A stretch of 64,000 bases of DNA from an uncultured Enterobacteriaceae bacterium (GCA_964430565.1 CAYSFD010000056.1:34888-98887); one strand, 5' to 3'; positions 36,077-44,790 are shown, numbered from the stretch's first letter. The notes: a model not told the origin generated them from the letters alone. Numbers and translations are program-made.

Positions 36077-38527
36077 ATGAAGACCACGGCTACTACCAAA
36101 AAAGCATTCCTGGCGCTGTTGTCGTTGCTGGTTCTCACCGCCTGCAGCGGAGGCGGGGGCGGGACCGCGAGTGGCGGCGGGGGTACTGCGGCCTTCACCC
36201 TCGGCGGCAGCGTCAGCGGTCTGGCGGGCACCGTGGTCCTTCAGAACAACGGCGGGGACAACCGCTCGGTCTCCGCGGACGGATCCTTTAGCTTTGCCGC
36301 GGCCGTTGCGGACGGCGCAAGCTACGGCGTCGCCGTCTTCACCCAGCCTGCGGGTCAGACCTGCTCGGTCGCCAACGGCGCGGGCACGGTGAGCGGGGCC
36401 AATGTCACCAACGTGACCGTTATTTGCGCCGCGGGCGCATTTACCGTGGGCGGCACGGTCTCGGGGCTCAGCGGCACCGTGGTGTTGAGGAACAACGGCG
36501 GCAACGACCTCACCCTCAGTGCGGACGGCGCCTTCACCTTCTCCGCCCCGTTGGCGGACGGCAGCGGCTACGCCGTCAGCGTCTTCACCCAGCCCGCCGG
36601 CCAGGGCTGCAGCGTGGCCAACGGCACCGGCGCCATTGCCGGGGCGAACGTCACCAACGTCGCCATCAGCTGCGCCGCGGGCGCCTTGACGATCGGCGGC
36701 ACGGTCTCGGGTCTCTCGGGCACGGTCGTCCTTCAGAACAACGGCGGGGATAACCTCACGCGTTCGGTGAACGGCAGCTTCACCTTCGCCACCGCGCTTG
36801 CCAACGGCAGCGCCTACAACGTCACCGTGCTGACCCAGCCGAGCGGCCAGAGTTGCACCGTGACCAACGGCGCGGGGACGCTCAGCGGTTCGCACGTGAC
36901 CAATGTTTCCGTGGCCTGTGCGAACACCGCCGGCTATGTCGTCGCCGCGCGCGTCACTCCGGCGGAGATCAACATCTATCGCGCCGACCAGCCGAATGTT
37001 CCCATCGAGACGATCGCGAGCGCCACCTTCATCGGCCCCCTGACCGAGGACCTCGGAACACGGCTTGGCATAGTGTTCGGGGACCCCCTGACCTATGGCC
37101 TTGGAAAACGGCTGGGCGTGGTGTACGGCAAGCTCGCGGCGCCCGGCGTCTTCTTCGAGCTCGGCGTGTTCCTGCGATCGCAGCGGGTGATTCTCGCGGC
37201 CGAAACTGGCGGACATACGTACAAGTATCTCGGCCTCATCGACGGCGCGACCCGGCGGGCCGTGTTCCTCGACACGGTCGGCGCCAACGTGGGCGTGGGC
37301 ACCGCGACCCTCGACGGCGTGGAGAGCCACCTGGTGAAGTCGGGCTGCCTCAGCGTCACCCTTCCGGTGTTCTCGGCCGCCGGTGTCGCCTTCCTGTGCG
37401 AAGAAACCGCGGGCGTGAAGAAGGTCTACTACAGCAATGGCGTGGCCCCCGCGGTCTACATGGGAAGTGACCTGCGCGAGCCGAAGGCCCTCACCGCCAC
37501 GCACTTGATTACCGCGGACATCACCAATGCTTTTCTGATCCAGCTCCGCACGCAACCGCTGGCTGGCGCGCTGGGCGGTTCGGTGCAGCTGGATCAGAAT
37601 CTGATCACTCCCTCGACCTTATTCGGCGGAATGGACGGCGGGGCGGAAACGATCATGGCTATCAACCCCCAGGGGATCGTGCTGGGTCGTTCGTTCTCGG
37701 CCAATGTGGCTCATACGCCACAGTACGAAGCGTGGACGGTGAACGCCGATTTGAGCGTGGGGGGCAATACGTTCATGCGCTCCCGCTCCGTCGGACCGCC
37801 CCTCCTCGTGGAACTGTCGCCGGACGGCTCGAAGGCCTCCGTGGTCTACCGGTACATGGCCGGAGTCACCACTCCCGACAAAGGAGCGGTCATCACCCTC
37901 GGGCTTCCGCCTTCCCCCGGCAACCCCCTATTCCTCACGGTCGTCCCCGCCACCGATGCCGCCATGGACGTGCGCTTCCTCTCAGGTGGGAAAATTTCGG
38001 CCGGCTGGGGGCCGCAGAGCGGCACCCCGACGTCGCTCAACGTCTACAACGCCGACGGAACGGTCTTCTCCGGGATCTCCGCCTTACCCGGGTCCAGCTT
38101 CGTCGCCACGAAGGACAACTACCTCCTCTACGTGAGCGGCGATTCGCCGAACGTCATCCCTCCGTGCCCCTTGAAGTCCTCCTTGTTCGACGGCACGGCG
38201 GACCTGACCCTGTCCTTGGCCGCCCGGCTGCCCCGGCCGACGCTGCGCAGCGACGGCACCGTGACGTTCGTGGACGACGCGGGCTTCCCCTGGATCGCCA
38301 GCGCCGATCCGTCGATCCCTGCGCCGCTCCGGCTTATGCAAAAGATCGACGACGTGCCGACGATTTTTGTGGAGAACGTCGGCGACGGATCGGGCAACCG
38401 GGTGTTCCTCACGCTCCACCGGATGAGCGGCGACGCGGACGTGGTGATGTTCAATCTCAACGACCGCACGACGACCCCTATCGTCAGCGGCGCGACCAAC
38501 GACACCGGCTACTTCTTCCCGAACTGA
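36077..38527 (+). CDS. large lipoprotein: three tandem 82-aa beta-rich repeats + ~540-aa domain of unknown function
   Basis: Lipobox LVLTAC (Cys23) and a Gly-rich linker, then three repeats of the pattern GG[ST]VSGL.GTVVL.NNGG....S..G.F.F......G..Y.V.V.TQP.GQ.C.V.NG.G...G..VTNV...CA. I do not recognise the remainder. Confidence 0.7.
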   Translation: MKTTATTKKAFLALLSLLVLTACSGGGGGTASGGGGTAAFTLGGSVSGLAGTVVLQNNGGDNRSVSADGSFSFAAAVADGASYGVAVFTQPAGQTCSVANGAGTVSGANVTNVTVICAAGAFTVGGTVSGLSGTVVLRNNGGNDLTLSADGAFTFSAPLADGSGYAVSVFTQPAGQGCSVANGTGAIAGANVTNVAISCAAGALTIGGTVSGLSGTVVLQNNGGDNLTRSVNGSFTFATALANGSAYNVTVLTQPSGQSCTVTNGAGTLSGSHVTNVSVACANTAGYVVAARVTPAEINIYRADQPNVPIETIASATFIGPLTEDLGTRLGIVFGDPLTYGLGKRLGVVYGKLAAPGVFFELGVFLRSQRVILAAETGGHTYKYLGLIDGATRRAVFLDTVGANVGVGTATLDGVESHLVKSGCLSVTLPVFSAAGVAFLCEETAGVKKVYYSNGVAPAVYMGSDLREPKALTATHLITADITNAFLIQLRTQPLAGALGGSVQLDQNLITPSTLFGGMDGGAETIMAINPQGIVLGRSFSANVAHTPQYEAWTVNADLSVGGNTFMRSRSVGPPLLVELSPDGSKASVVYRYMAGVTTPDKGAVITLGLPPSPGNPLFLTVVPATDAAMDVRFLSGGKISAGWGPQSGTPTSLNVYNADGTVFSGISALPGSSFVATKDNYLLYVSGDSPNVIPPCPLKSSLFDGTADLTLSLAARLPRPTLRSDGTVTFVDDAGFPWIASADPSIPAPLRLMQKIDDVPTIFVENVGDGSGNRVFLTLHRMSGDADVVMFNLNDRTTTPIVSGATNDTGYFFPN
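36194..36925 (+). repeat. three tandem ~246-nt coding repeats inside the lipoprotein gene
   Basis: Repeat units are 36194-36439, 36440-36685 and 36686-36925. They are clearly similar at both DNA and protein level, e.g. ...GTCCTTCAGAACAACGGCGGGGA[CT]AAC... in units 1 and 3. Confidence 0.8.
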
Positions 38528-38770
38528 CCGGCGGGTTTTACGCGCAGGACACGAGCGGCCGGGCGGCCGCTCGTCGCGCCAAAGAGCAGGGGCCCTTATC
38601 AGGCGCACAGGGCGGGGCGTTCGCCCGCGCCCGGCAGTCCCACCGTGCGCGAGTAGTCGAATTCCCGGGTCGCGAGTGACAGTTTGTGGACAGTGCATGC
38701 TAGCATTCAGTCCGACTCGAACCTTTCGCGCATCGCCGAGGCGAACTGGTGTACTGAATCTCTTTCTGAT

Positions 38771-39079
38771 ATGAGCGCTCAACTCCCCATATCCGACGCG
38801 GAAATCGGGCTTTTCTGCCGCCGCAATCGCATTCGCAGACTCTCGTTGTTCGGGTCGGTGCTGCGCGCTGATTTTCGCGCCGACAGCGACGTGGACGTGC
38901 TCGTGGAATTCGAACCCGACGGCGTGCCGGGCCTGTTGGCGCTCGCGCGGATGGAGCGCGAGCTGTCGGCGATGCTGGGCGGCCGCAAGGTGGATCTGAG
39001 AACTCCGGAGGACCTCAGCCGCTTCTTCCGCGAGGAAGTGGTGGCGGGGGCCGAAGTGCGCTATGCGCAGGGACGATGA
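38771..39079 (+). CDS. mntA: nucleotidyltransferase-type antitoxin MntA
   Basis: [22 protein letters not shown] is the GS-X10-DxD minimal nucleotidyltransferase motif. It overlaps hepT by 17 nt. Start ATG 38771. Confidence 0.8.
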   Translation: MSAQLPISDAEIGLFCRRNRIRRLSLFGSVLRADFRADSDVDVLVEFEPDGVPGLLALARMERELSAMLGGRKVDLRTPEDLSRFFREEVVAGAEVRYAQGR

Positions 39080-39416
39080 GATCCGCCTGCGCCACATGCT
39101 TGAGGCCGCGCGCGAAGCGGTAAAGTTCGTCGGCGGACGTCCCCGCAAGGATCTTTCGGATGACCGGATGCTCGCGCTCGCGGTGGTCAAAGCCATCGAG
39201 ATTCTGGGCGAAGCCGCAACGAAGGTATCCCCCGAGACGCGCAAGGCGTGCCCGCAGCTTCCGTGGGATGACATCTTCGGGATGCGTCACCGTCTGATCC
39301 ACGCTTATTTCGACATCAACCTCGATATCGTGTGGCGAACATTACGGGAAGATCTGCCGGGATTGATTGTCGCGATCGAGAACCTTCTCTCGCAACGAGG
39401 AAGCGGCGGAAATTAG
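39063..39416 (+). CDS. hepT: HepT (DUF86) RNase toxin
   Basis: 117 aa with the Rx4HxY motif (RHRLIHAY) in the expected C-terminal position. Confidence 0.85.
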   Translation: MRRDDEIRLRHMLEAAREAVKFVGGRPRKDLSDDRMLALAVVKAIEILGEAATKVSPETRKACPQLPWDDIFGMRHRLIHAYFDINLDIVWRTLREDLPGLIVAIENLLSQRGSGGN

Positions 39417-40273
39417 CCGATTGCGAGCGCAACGACCCCCAGCGCCATCGCCGCGGCAGCGGCGACACGGCGCGTAACGTCGCCTTCCTGGAGCCAATGC
39501 GCTCCCATCAGCGCGGCGAACAGGATGCTGATCTCGCGCGCCGGCGCGACATAGCTGACCGGCGTGAACACCATGGCGGTCAGCACGAGGATATAGGAGA
39601 GCGGGCAGAGCAGCGCGACCAGGATTACCGCCTTCCTCTGCCGGGTCCAGGCGGCCTTCACCTCTTCGCGGCGCCTGAGCGCAAGCGGAGCCATCACGAT
39701 CACCCGGCCGAGGTTCGCGCCCCAGTCCTGGAGTATCGGCGGAATCAGGAAGGCGCTGACCGCCTGCTTGTCGACGACTGTATACGACGCGATCATGCAG
39801 CCGGTGAGCAGGGCGAAAGCGACACCGCGCATGGCGCCCGCCTTGCGCAGCTTCGTGGGGCTCGCCGCGAGAAAGAAGGCGCCGGCCACGATGAGCGCCG
39901 CACCGCACATCGCGACGATGCCCGGCCGCTCGCCGAGCAGGGCGATCGCGACGATTACCGTGAGGAAAGGTCCGGTTGCCCGAGCGAGCGGGTAGACGAC
40001 CGAGAGGTCACCATACCGGTAGCCGCGGTCGAGCAACAGGTAGTAGACGGTGTGCAGCACGGCGCTCGCGAAGAGGAGACCGAACGCCTCGGCCGTGAAC
40101 TGGAAGTCCTGGATGATGACCACGCCGACCGCGAGCGGCGCATAGATGACGGCAGACAGCGCGGCGAAAGCCCAGACGAAACCGACTCCGCCGCCGCTCT
40201 TCTTGAGAATGTAGTTCCAGCTGGCGTGGATCAACGCGGCGCCCAGCACGAGCGAGATCGCAAGGCCGGTCAT
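39413..40273 (-). CDS. EamA/DMT-family transporter
   Basis: 286 aa with about 10 hydrophobic helices in two EamA-like halves (ALIHASWNYILK...). Confidence 0.8.
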   Translation of the reverse strand: MTGLAISLVLGAALIHASWNYILKKSGGGVGFVWAFAALSAVIYAPLAVGVVIIQDFQFTAEAFGLLFASAVLHTVYYLLLDRGYRYGDLSVVYPLARATGPFLTVIVAIALLGERPGIVAMCGAALIVAGAFFLAASPTKLRKAGAMRGVAFALLTGCMIASYTVVDKQAVSAFLIPPILQDWGANLGRVIVMAPLALRRREEVKAAWTRQRKAVILVALLCPLSYILVLTAMVFTPVSYVAPAREISILFAALMGAHWLQEGDVTRRVAAAAAMALGVVALAIG

Positions 40274-40359
40274 GCCGCGATTCTAAATAATCGGGGAGCG
40301 GGGACCCGGTGACCCCCGCTGTACGCCGCTGGATTCCCCCACGACTGGCGAATCACGAT

Positions 40360-40644
40360 TCACGCGGCGAGCCGCACGCCGACCGGAATGCCCGCCTTCG
40401 CGCACAATCCCACCAGGTAGTCCAGCGAAAGCAGTTCCACCTTGCCGCGCACGATTTCCGACACGCGCGGCTGGGCGATACCCAGGCGCTTGGCGGTTTC
40501 CGCTTGAGTCAGCTTCTCGCGTTCTATCCAGACGCGCAGCGCTTCCGCCAGTTTCGCGCGCAGCAGCATGACTTCCGCCTCGTGGGGCGGGAATCCAAGA
40601 TCCAGAAAGATGTTGCCGCTCGATTCGGTTACTTTCCTAGCCAC
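40360..40644 (-). CDS. XRE-family HTH antitoxin (HigA-like)
   Basis: GTG 40644 has an AAGGAG SD 6 nt upstream. The HTH reads LTQAETAKRLGIAQPRVSEIVRGK. It overlaps the upstream toxin gene by 8 nt, and the toxin-first order is typical of HigBA. Confidence 0.75.
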   Translation of the reverse strand: MARKVTESSGNIFLDLGFPPHEAEVMLLRAKLAEALRVWIEREKLTQAETAKRLGIAQPRVSEIVRGKVELLSLDYLVGLCAKAGIPVGVRLAA

Positions 40645-40978
40645 GGTCCACTCCTTTAGCGAGAACTCGCGCGTCCCGGTAGCGCTGTGTTGCCAGTTCC
40701 AGGTCGGCACGGGCGGTCTTGCGGGTCTTCTTCTGAAACGCATGCAAGACATACACAGCGTCCTCGAAGTTGGCAACGTAGATCACCCGGAACGCGCCGG
40801 TTTCATCCCTTACACGGATCTCGCGCACCCCTGGCCCGACCGTAGACATCGGTTTCCAGTCGTCGGGGTCACGCCCGACTTGCACCATGAACAATTCATG
40901 GCCTGCACGAATACGCGCGGATTTGGGGAATGCGGAGAGATCATGCTTCGCGCTGCCCACGAAACGCAGGAGCTTCAT
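40637..40978 (-). CDS. RelE/ParE-superfamily toxin, Gp49/HigB-like
   Basis: 113 aa reading ...GVREIRVRDETGAFRVIYVANFEDAVYVLHAFQKKTRKTARADLELA, the Gp49-like (DUF891-type) pattern. Confidence 0.8.
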   Translation of the reverse strand: MKLLRFVGSAKHDLSAFPKSARIRAGHELFMVQVGRDPDDWKPMSTVGPGVREIRVRDETGAFRVIYVANFEDAVYVLHAFQKKTRKTARADLELATQRYRDARVLAKGVDRG

Positions 40979-40984
40979 AGGTAG

Positions 40985-41012
40985 AGTATACGAAGATTCG
41001 TATATACGTCAA
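40985..41012 (-). promoter_or_regulatory. promoter TTGACG-N16-TATACT with embedded palindrome upstream of the higB-like gene
   Basis: The minus strand reads TTGACG (41012-41007), a 16-nt spacer, then TATACT (40990-40985). The ATG starts 7 nt after the -10, implying a leaderless or very short leader. The inverted repeat TATACGAA-GA-TTCGTATA (40987-41004) spans the spacer and the -10. Confidence 0.5.
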
Positions 41013-41026
41013 GCCCAAAATATCGC

Positions 41027-41058
41027 CAAAAGAAAACGCGGGCAAGAGCCCGCGTTTT
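41027..41058 (-). terminator. intrinsic terminator (bidirectional-looking hairpin)
   Basis: ACGCGGGC-AAGA-GCCCGCGT stem-loop flanked by an A-run and a T-run. On the minus strand it is followed by TTTTCTTTTGG, 22 nt downstream of the pseudogene stop. Confidence 0.6.
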
Positions 41059-41079
41059 CTTGTAGCCGCGGTTTCGTTT

Positions 41080-41704
41080 TCAGCCGCGTAACTGAATGAC
41101 GTCGTTGATGACCTTCACCTTGTCGCCGACACGCCAGCCCGGCGGCGTAGCCTGGATGAACAGGCCCTGCGTGCCATTCTCGTAGCGGACGACGATGTGG
41201 TACTCCTTGGTCTTCTTCGCGTTCTTCTCGATCTGATTCCCGGCGATTCCCCCGCCGATCGCCCCCAGCGCGGTGGCGACATCCTTGCCTCGGCCGCGGC
41301 CGACCTAGTGGCCGACGACCCCGCCGACCACGGCGCCGCCGACCGCGCCGACGCCCGATCCCTGGCCCGCTTTTTCAACTTCGCGCACGTCCTCGATCAC
41401 ACCGCACTCACGGCAGACTGCAACCACGATCGGCGGGGGCGGCGGACGACGGCTTGGGCGACCGGTCGCTGCGGCTCGGCGATCGGTTTGGGTTTCGCTT
41501 GCTTGACGATAGGCGGCTCGGCGGGCTCGGGCTGGACTTTCGCTGGCTCCGGCGCCTGCGCAATCGGCGCAGCACCCGAACCGCTGCCGACGGAAGTCGG
41601 GATCCAGCCGAGCACGGCTCCGATTCCGACGAGAGAGAACAGACTGACCGCGTCGCCGCTATGACGATAAGAGGGTGGGTAGTGCGTATAGCTTGGGCTT
41701 CCAA
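41080..41704 (-). pseudogene. glycine-zipper 2TM / surface-antigen-type membrane protein gene disrupted by two frameshifts and an in-frame TAG
   Basis: Pieces in three frames line up into one protein. The TTG start with GGAGG SD gives MEAQAIRTTHPLIVIAA, then a frameshift. Next comes AVSLFSLVGIGAVLGWIPTSVG plus a Pro/Ala linker, then a frameshift in a C-rich run. Next comes PPPPIVVAVCRECGVIEDVREVEKAGQGSGVGAVGGAVVGGVVGH, then TAG. The last piece is VGRGRGKDVATALGAIGGGIAGNQIEKN...GDKVKVINDVIQLRG, ending at the stop. Confidence 0.6.
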
Positions 41705-41802
41705 GAGGACCTCCGGTTGCAGGGTAACGACCTTACCCGCACTAACGCGCGACGCGCCGACCGATTGATGTAGCAGTTTGTGGCAGGCCTCGCCGTAGGG
41801 CC

Positions 41803-43308
41803 TCAGGCCTCCGGGCGCAGATGCGGGAACAGCAGCACGTCCCGGATGCTCGGACTGTCGGTGAAGAGCATCACCAGTCGGTCTATCCCCACGCCTTCCC
41901 CGGCGGCGGGCGGCAGGCCGTATTCGAGCGCGCGGATGTAATCGGCGTCGTAGTACATCGACTCCTCGTCGCCGGCGGCTTTGGCTTTGGCCTGTTCCTC
42001 GAAGCGCGATGCCTGGTCTTCGGGATCGTTCAGCTCCGAGAATCCGTTCGCGATTTCGCGGCCCGCGATGTACAGCTCGAAGCGGTCGGTGACCTCGGGA
42101 TTGGCGTCGTTGCGGCGCGCGAGCGGCGAGACCTCCGCCGGATAGTCGAGGATGAAAGTCGGCTGCACGAGCTGCTGCTCGGTCGTCTCCTCGAAAAGGT
42201 GCAGCTGCAGCGCCCCGAGGCCGGACTTGGCGTGCCGGCTGAAATCGATCCCGCGCTTCTTGAGCACGGCGGCTACGCCGTCGCGAGTCGCAAGCTCGCG
42301 CTCGGGGATCTCCGGATGGAACTTGCGTATCGCCTGCAAAATCGTCAGTCGCTCGAACGGCTTGCCCAGATCGATTGCATGCTCGCCGTAGCGCAGCTGC
42401 ACGGTGCCGAGCACCTTCAGCGCCGCATTCCGCAGCATGTCCTCGGTGAAATCCATGAGGTAGCGGTAGTCGCGGTAGGCCTCGTAGAACTCGAGCATGG
42501 TGAACTCGGGGTTGTGCCGCGTGGAGATGCCCTCGTTCCTGAAGTTGCGGTTGATCTCGAAGACCTTTTCGAATCCGCCCACGACGAGGCGCTTGAGATA
42601 GAGCTCGGGCGCAACACGCAGGAAAAGCGCCATGTCGAGCGCGTTGTGGTGCGTCTTGAACGGCTTTGCATTCGCGCCGCCGGGGATCGGCTGCATCATC
42701 GGCGTCTCGACCTCGAGGAAGCCTTTCCCGTTCATGTGCTCGCGGATCGCCTGCACGATGCGGCTGCGAGTCTGGAACAGCTTGCGCGTTTCCTCGCTCA
42801 TGATGAGGTCCACGTAGCGCTGGCGGTACTTTTTCTCCTGATCGGCGAGCCCGTGGAATTTCTCCGGCAGCGGGCGAAGCGCCTTTACGAGCAACCGCAG
42901 CTCGGTGACCTTCACCGAAAGCTCGCCGGTCTTGGTCCTGAACAGGAGTCCATTGGCCCCAAGAACGTCGCCGAGGTCGTGGTGCTTGAAGGCCTCGTAG
43001 GCCGCCTCGCCGATGCTGTCGCGCGTGACGTAGAGCTGGATGCGGCCGCTCATGTCCTGGATCGTGGCGAAGCTCGCCTTGCCCATGACGCGCTTGAGCA
43101 TCATGCGGCCGGCGACCGCCGCCTTCACGCCCTTGGGCTCGATCTCGTCGTTCGATTTTCCGCCCCAGGCTTCGTGCAGGTCGGCGGCGAGGTGCTCGCG
43201 GCGGAAATCGTTCGGAAATGCGGCGCCGCGCTTGCGCAGCTCGGCGAGCTTCGCGCGCCGCTCGGCGATGATCTGGTTTTCGTCTTGTTGCGGCTGCCGG
43301 TCGTCCAT
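41803..43308 (-). CDS. lysS: lysine--tRNA ligase (class II)
   Basis: 501 aa with an OB anticodon-binding domain and class II motifs ([21 protein letters not shown]..., [10 protein letters not shown]..., [10 protein letters not shown]). Confidence 0.95.
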   Translation of the reverse strand: MDDRQPQQDENQIIAERRAKLAELRKRGAAFPNDFRREHLAADLHEAWGGKSNDEIEPKGVKAAVAGRMMLKRVMGKASFATIQDMSGRIQLYVTRDSIGEAAYEAFKHHDLGDVLGANGLLFRTKTGELSVKVTELRLLVKALRPLPEKFHGLADQEKKYRQRYVDLIMSEETRKLFQTRSRIVQAIREHMNGKGFLEVETPMMQPIPGGANAKPFKTHHNALDMALFLRVAPELYLKRLVVGGFEKVFEINRNFRNEGISTRHNPEFTMLEFYEAYRDYRYLMDFTEDMLRNAALKVLGTVQLRYGEHAIDLGKPFERLTILQAIRKFHPEIPERELATRDGVAAVLKKRGIDFSRHAKSGLGALQLHLFEETTEQQLVQPTFILDYPAEVSPLARRNDANPEVTDRFELYIAGREIANGFSELNDPEDQASRFEEQAKAKAAGDEESMYYDADYIRALEYGLPPAAGEGVGIDRLVMLFTDSPSIRDVLLFPHLRPEA

Positions 43309-43316
43309 GGTCGCGG

Positions 43317-44421
43317 CTACACGCCCTGCTTCAGGCTCGCGCTGATGAAATCGTCGAGATCGCCGTCGAGGATCTTCTGGGTATTACCGAACTCGACGCC
43401 GGTGCGCAGATCCTTGATGCGCGACTGGTCGAGCACGTAAGAGCGAATCTGGTGTCCCCACTCTATGTCGGTCTTGCCCGCCTCGAGCTTGTCGCGGTCT
43501 GCCTGGAGCTTGCGCAGTTCCAGCTCGTAGAGCCGCGATTTCAGCATCGCCATGCACTCCGCGCGGTTGCGGTGCTGCGAGCGATCATTCTGGCACTGTA
43601 CCACGATGTTAGTAGGCAAATGCGTGATGCGCACCGCAGAATCCGTCTTGTTGACGTGCTGTCCGCCCGCGCCCGAGGCGCGATAAGTGTCGATGCGCAG
43701 ATCGGCCGGATTCACCGCCACCTCGATGTTCTCGTCCACTTCGGGATAGACGAACACGCTTGCGAACGAAGTATGACGCCGCGCATTCGAGTCGAACGGA
43801 GACTTGCGCACCAGGCGATGCACGCCGCTCTCCGTGCGCAGGTGCCCGTAGGCGTAGCTTCCCGTGATCTTGAGCGAGGCGCTCTTGATGCCGGCGACTT
43901 CGCCCGGCGATTCTTCGAGCACTTCCATGCCGTAGCCTTTGCGGTCGCAGTACTTGGCGTACATGCGCTCGAGCATCTGCGCCCAGTCCTGCGCTTCGGT
44001 GCCGCCCGAGCCCGACTGGATGTCCATGAAGCAGTTGTTGGGATCGAGCGGATCGGAAAACATGCGGCGAAACTCGAGGTCGGCGACCTCTTTTTCCACC
44101 TTGGCGACATCGGCGGCGACCGCGGCGAGCGTCGCATCGTCGTTTTCTGTCCGCGCCATCTCGAACAGTTCCTGCGCGTCGCGCAGAGACGCGGCGATCG
44201 TGTCGAGCCCCGAGACGGTCGCGTCGAGCGACTTCTTCTCCCTGCCGAGATCCTGCGCGCGCTTCGGGTCGCTCCAGACCTTGGGATCGGTCAGCAGCGT
44301 TTCGACTTCCGCTAGGCGCTTCTGTTTGCCTTCGAAGTCAAAGATACCTCCGCAGCTCGGCCGACCGCGTAGCGAGGTCGGCGAGCGTCGAGGCGACTTG
44401 ATTGATGCGTTCGGCTTCCAT
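43317..44421 (-). CDS. prfB: peptide chain release factor 2 (programmed +1 frameshift at 44337-44343)
   Basis: Frame 0 reads ATG 44421 [27 protein letters not shown] then TGA. The site CGG AGG TAT CTT TGA C has an SD-like GGAGG 3 nt upstream. The +1 frame continues [13 protein letters not shown]... and contains SPF and [13 protein letters not shown] (GGQ). The ORF-track 479-aa ORF is the +1 frame run open upstream. Confidence 0.93.
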
Positions 44422-44461
44422 GATGGCTCGACCGGAAAACGCGCATTATAGGGTAGGCAGC

Positions 44462-44674
44462 CTACTTGATGCGACTCGAAGGAAAGCTTTCGTCGACCTT
44501 GTCCTCGAAGAAGCTCGTCGGCGAAGGCGCCGCAATGAACTGGCGGTGCACCTCGGGCGAAACGCCGCGGTATTGGATGAGCTTGCCGTCCGTGAATTCG
44601 ACTTCGAGCAGTTGCGACTTCGGGTCGTAACCGACCGCGCGGATCCTGCTCGAGTTGACGCGTTTGCGTTCCAT
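44462..44674 (-). CDS. KTSC domain-containing protein
   Basis: 70 aa. [50 protein letters not shown] matches the KTSC (lysine-tRNA-synthetase C-terminal) domain pattern as I remember it. Confidence 0.75.
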   Translation of the reverse strand: MERKRVNSSRIRAVGYDPKSQLLEVEFTDGKLIQYRGVSPEVHRQFIAAPSPTSFFEDKVDESFPSSRIK

Positions 44675-44685
44675 CTTGCTCTCCT

Positions 44686-44786
44686 GTCATTCTGAGGGCC
44701 CTTCGCTTCGCTCGAGGGTAAACTCCGCCCGAAGAATCTGCTTTCCGGTACCCCAACAGCAGATTCTTCGCTTCGCTCAGAATGAC
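44686..44786. repeat. REP/MITE-like palindromic element, copy A (GTCATTCTGAG...CTCAGAATGAC)
   Basis: 101 nt with terminal inverted repeats GTCATTCTGAG / CTCAGAATGAC and inner arms GAAGAATCTGCT / AGCAGATTCTTC. A nested palindrome GAGGGCCCTTCGCTTCGCTCGAGGGTAAACTC sits in the left arm. The first 58 nt are identical to copy B. Confidence 0.8.
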
Positions 44787-44790
44787 AAAC

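Noticed and set aside
41115-41378. An 87-aa ORF (MKKRARDRASARS...), along with the 72-aa and 98-aa ORFs at 41397-41704.
   Set aside because: These are out-of-frame or partial readings of the disrupted glycine-zipper gene. They are explained by the pseudogene call and are not independent genes.
44422-44756. Upstream extension of the prfB +1 frame (the ORF-track 479-aa entry).
   Set aside because: The frame simply stays open. The real gene starts at ATG 44421 in frame 0 and shifts +1 at CTT TGA C. The extension also overlaps the KTSC gene.
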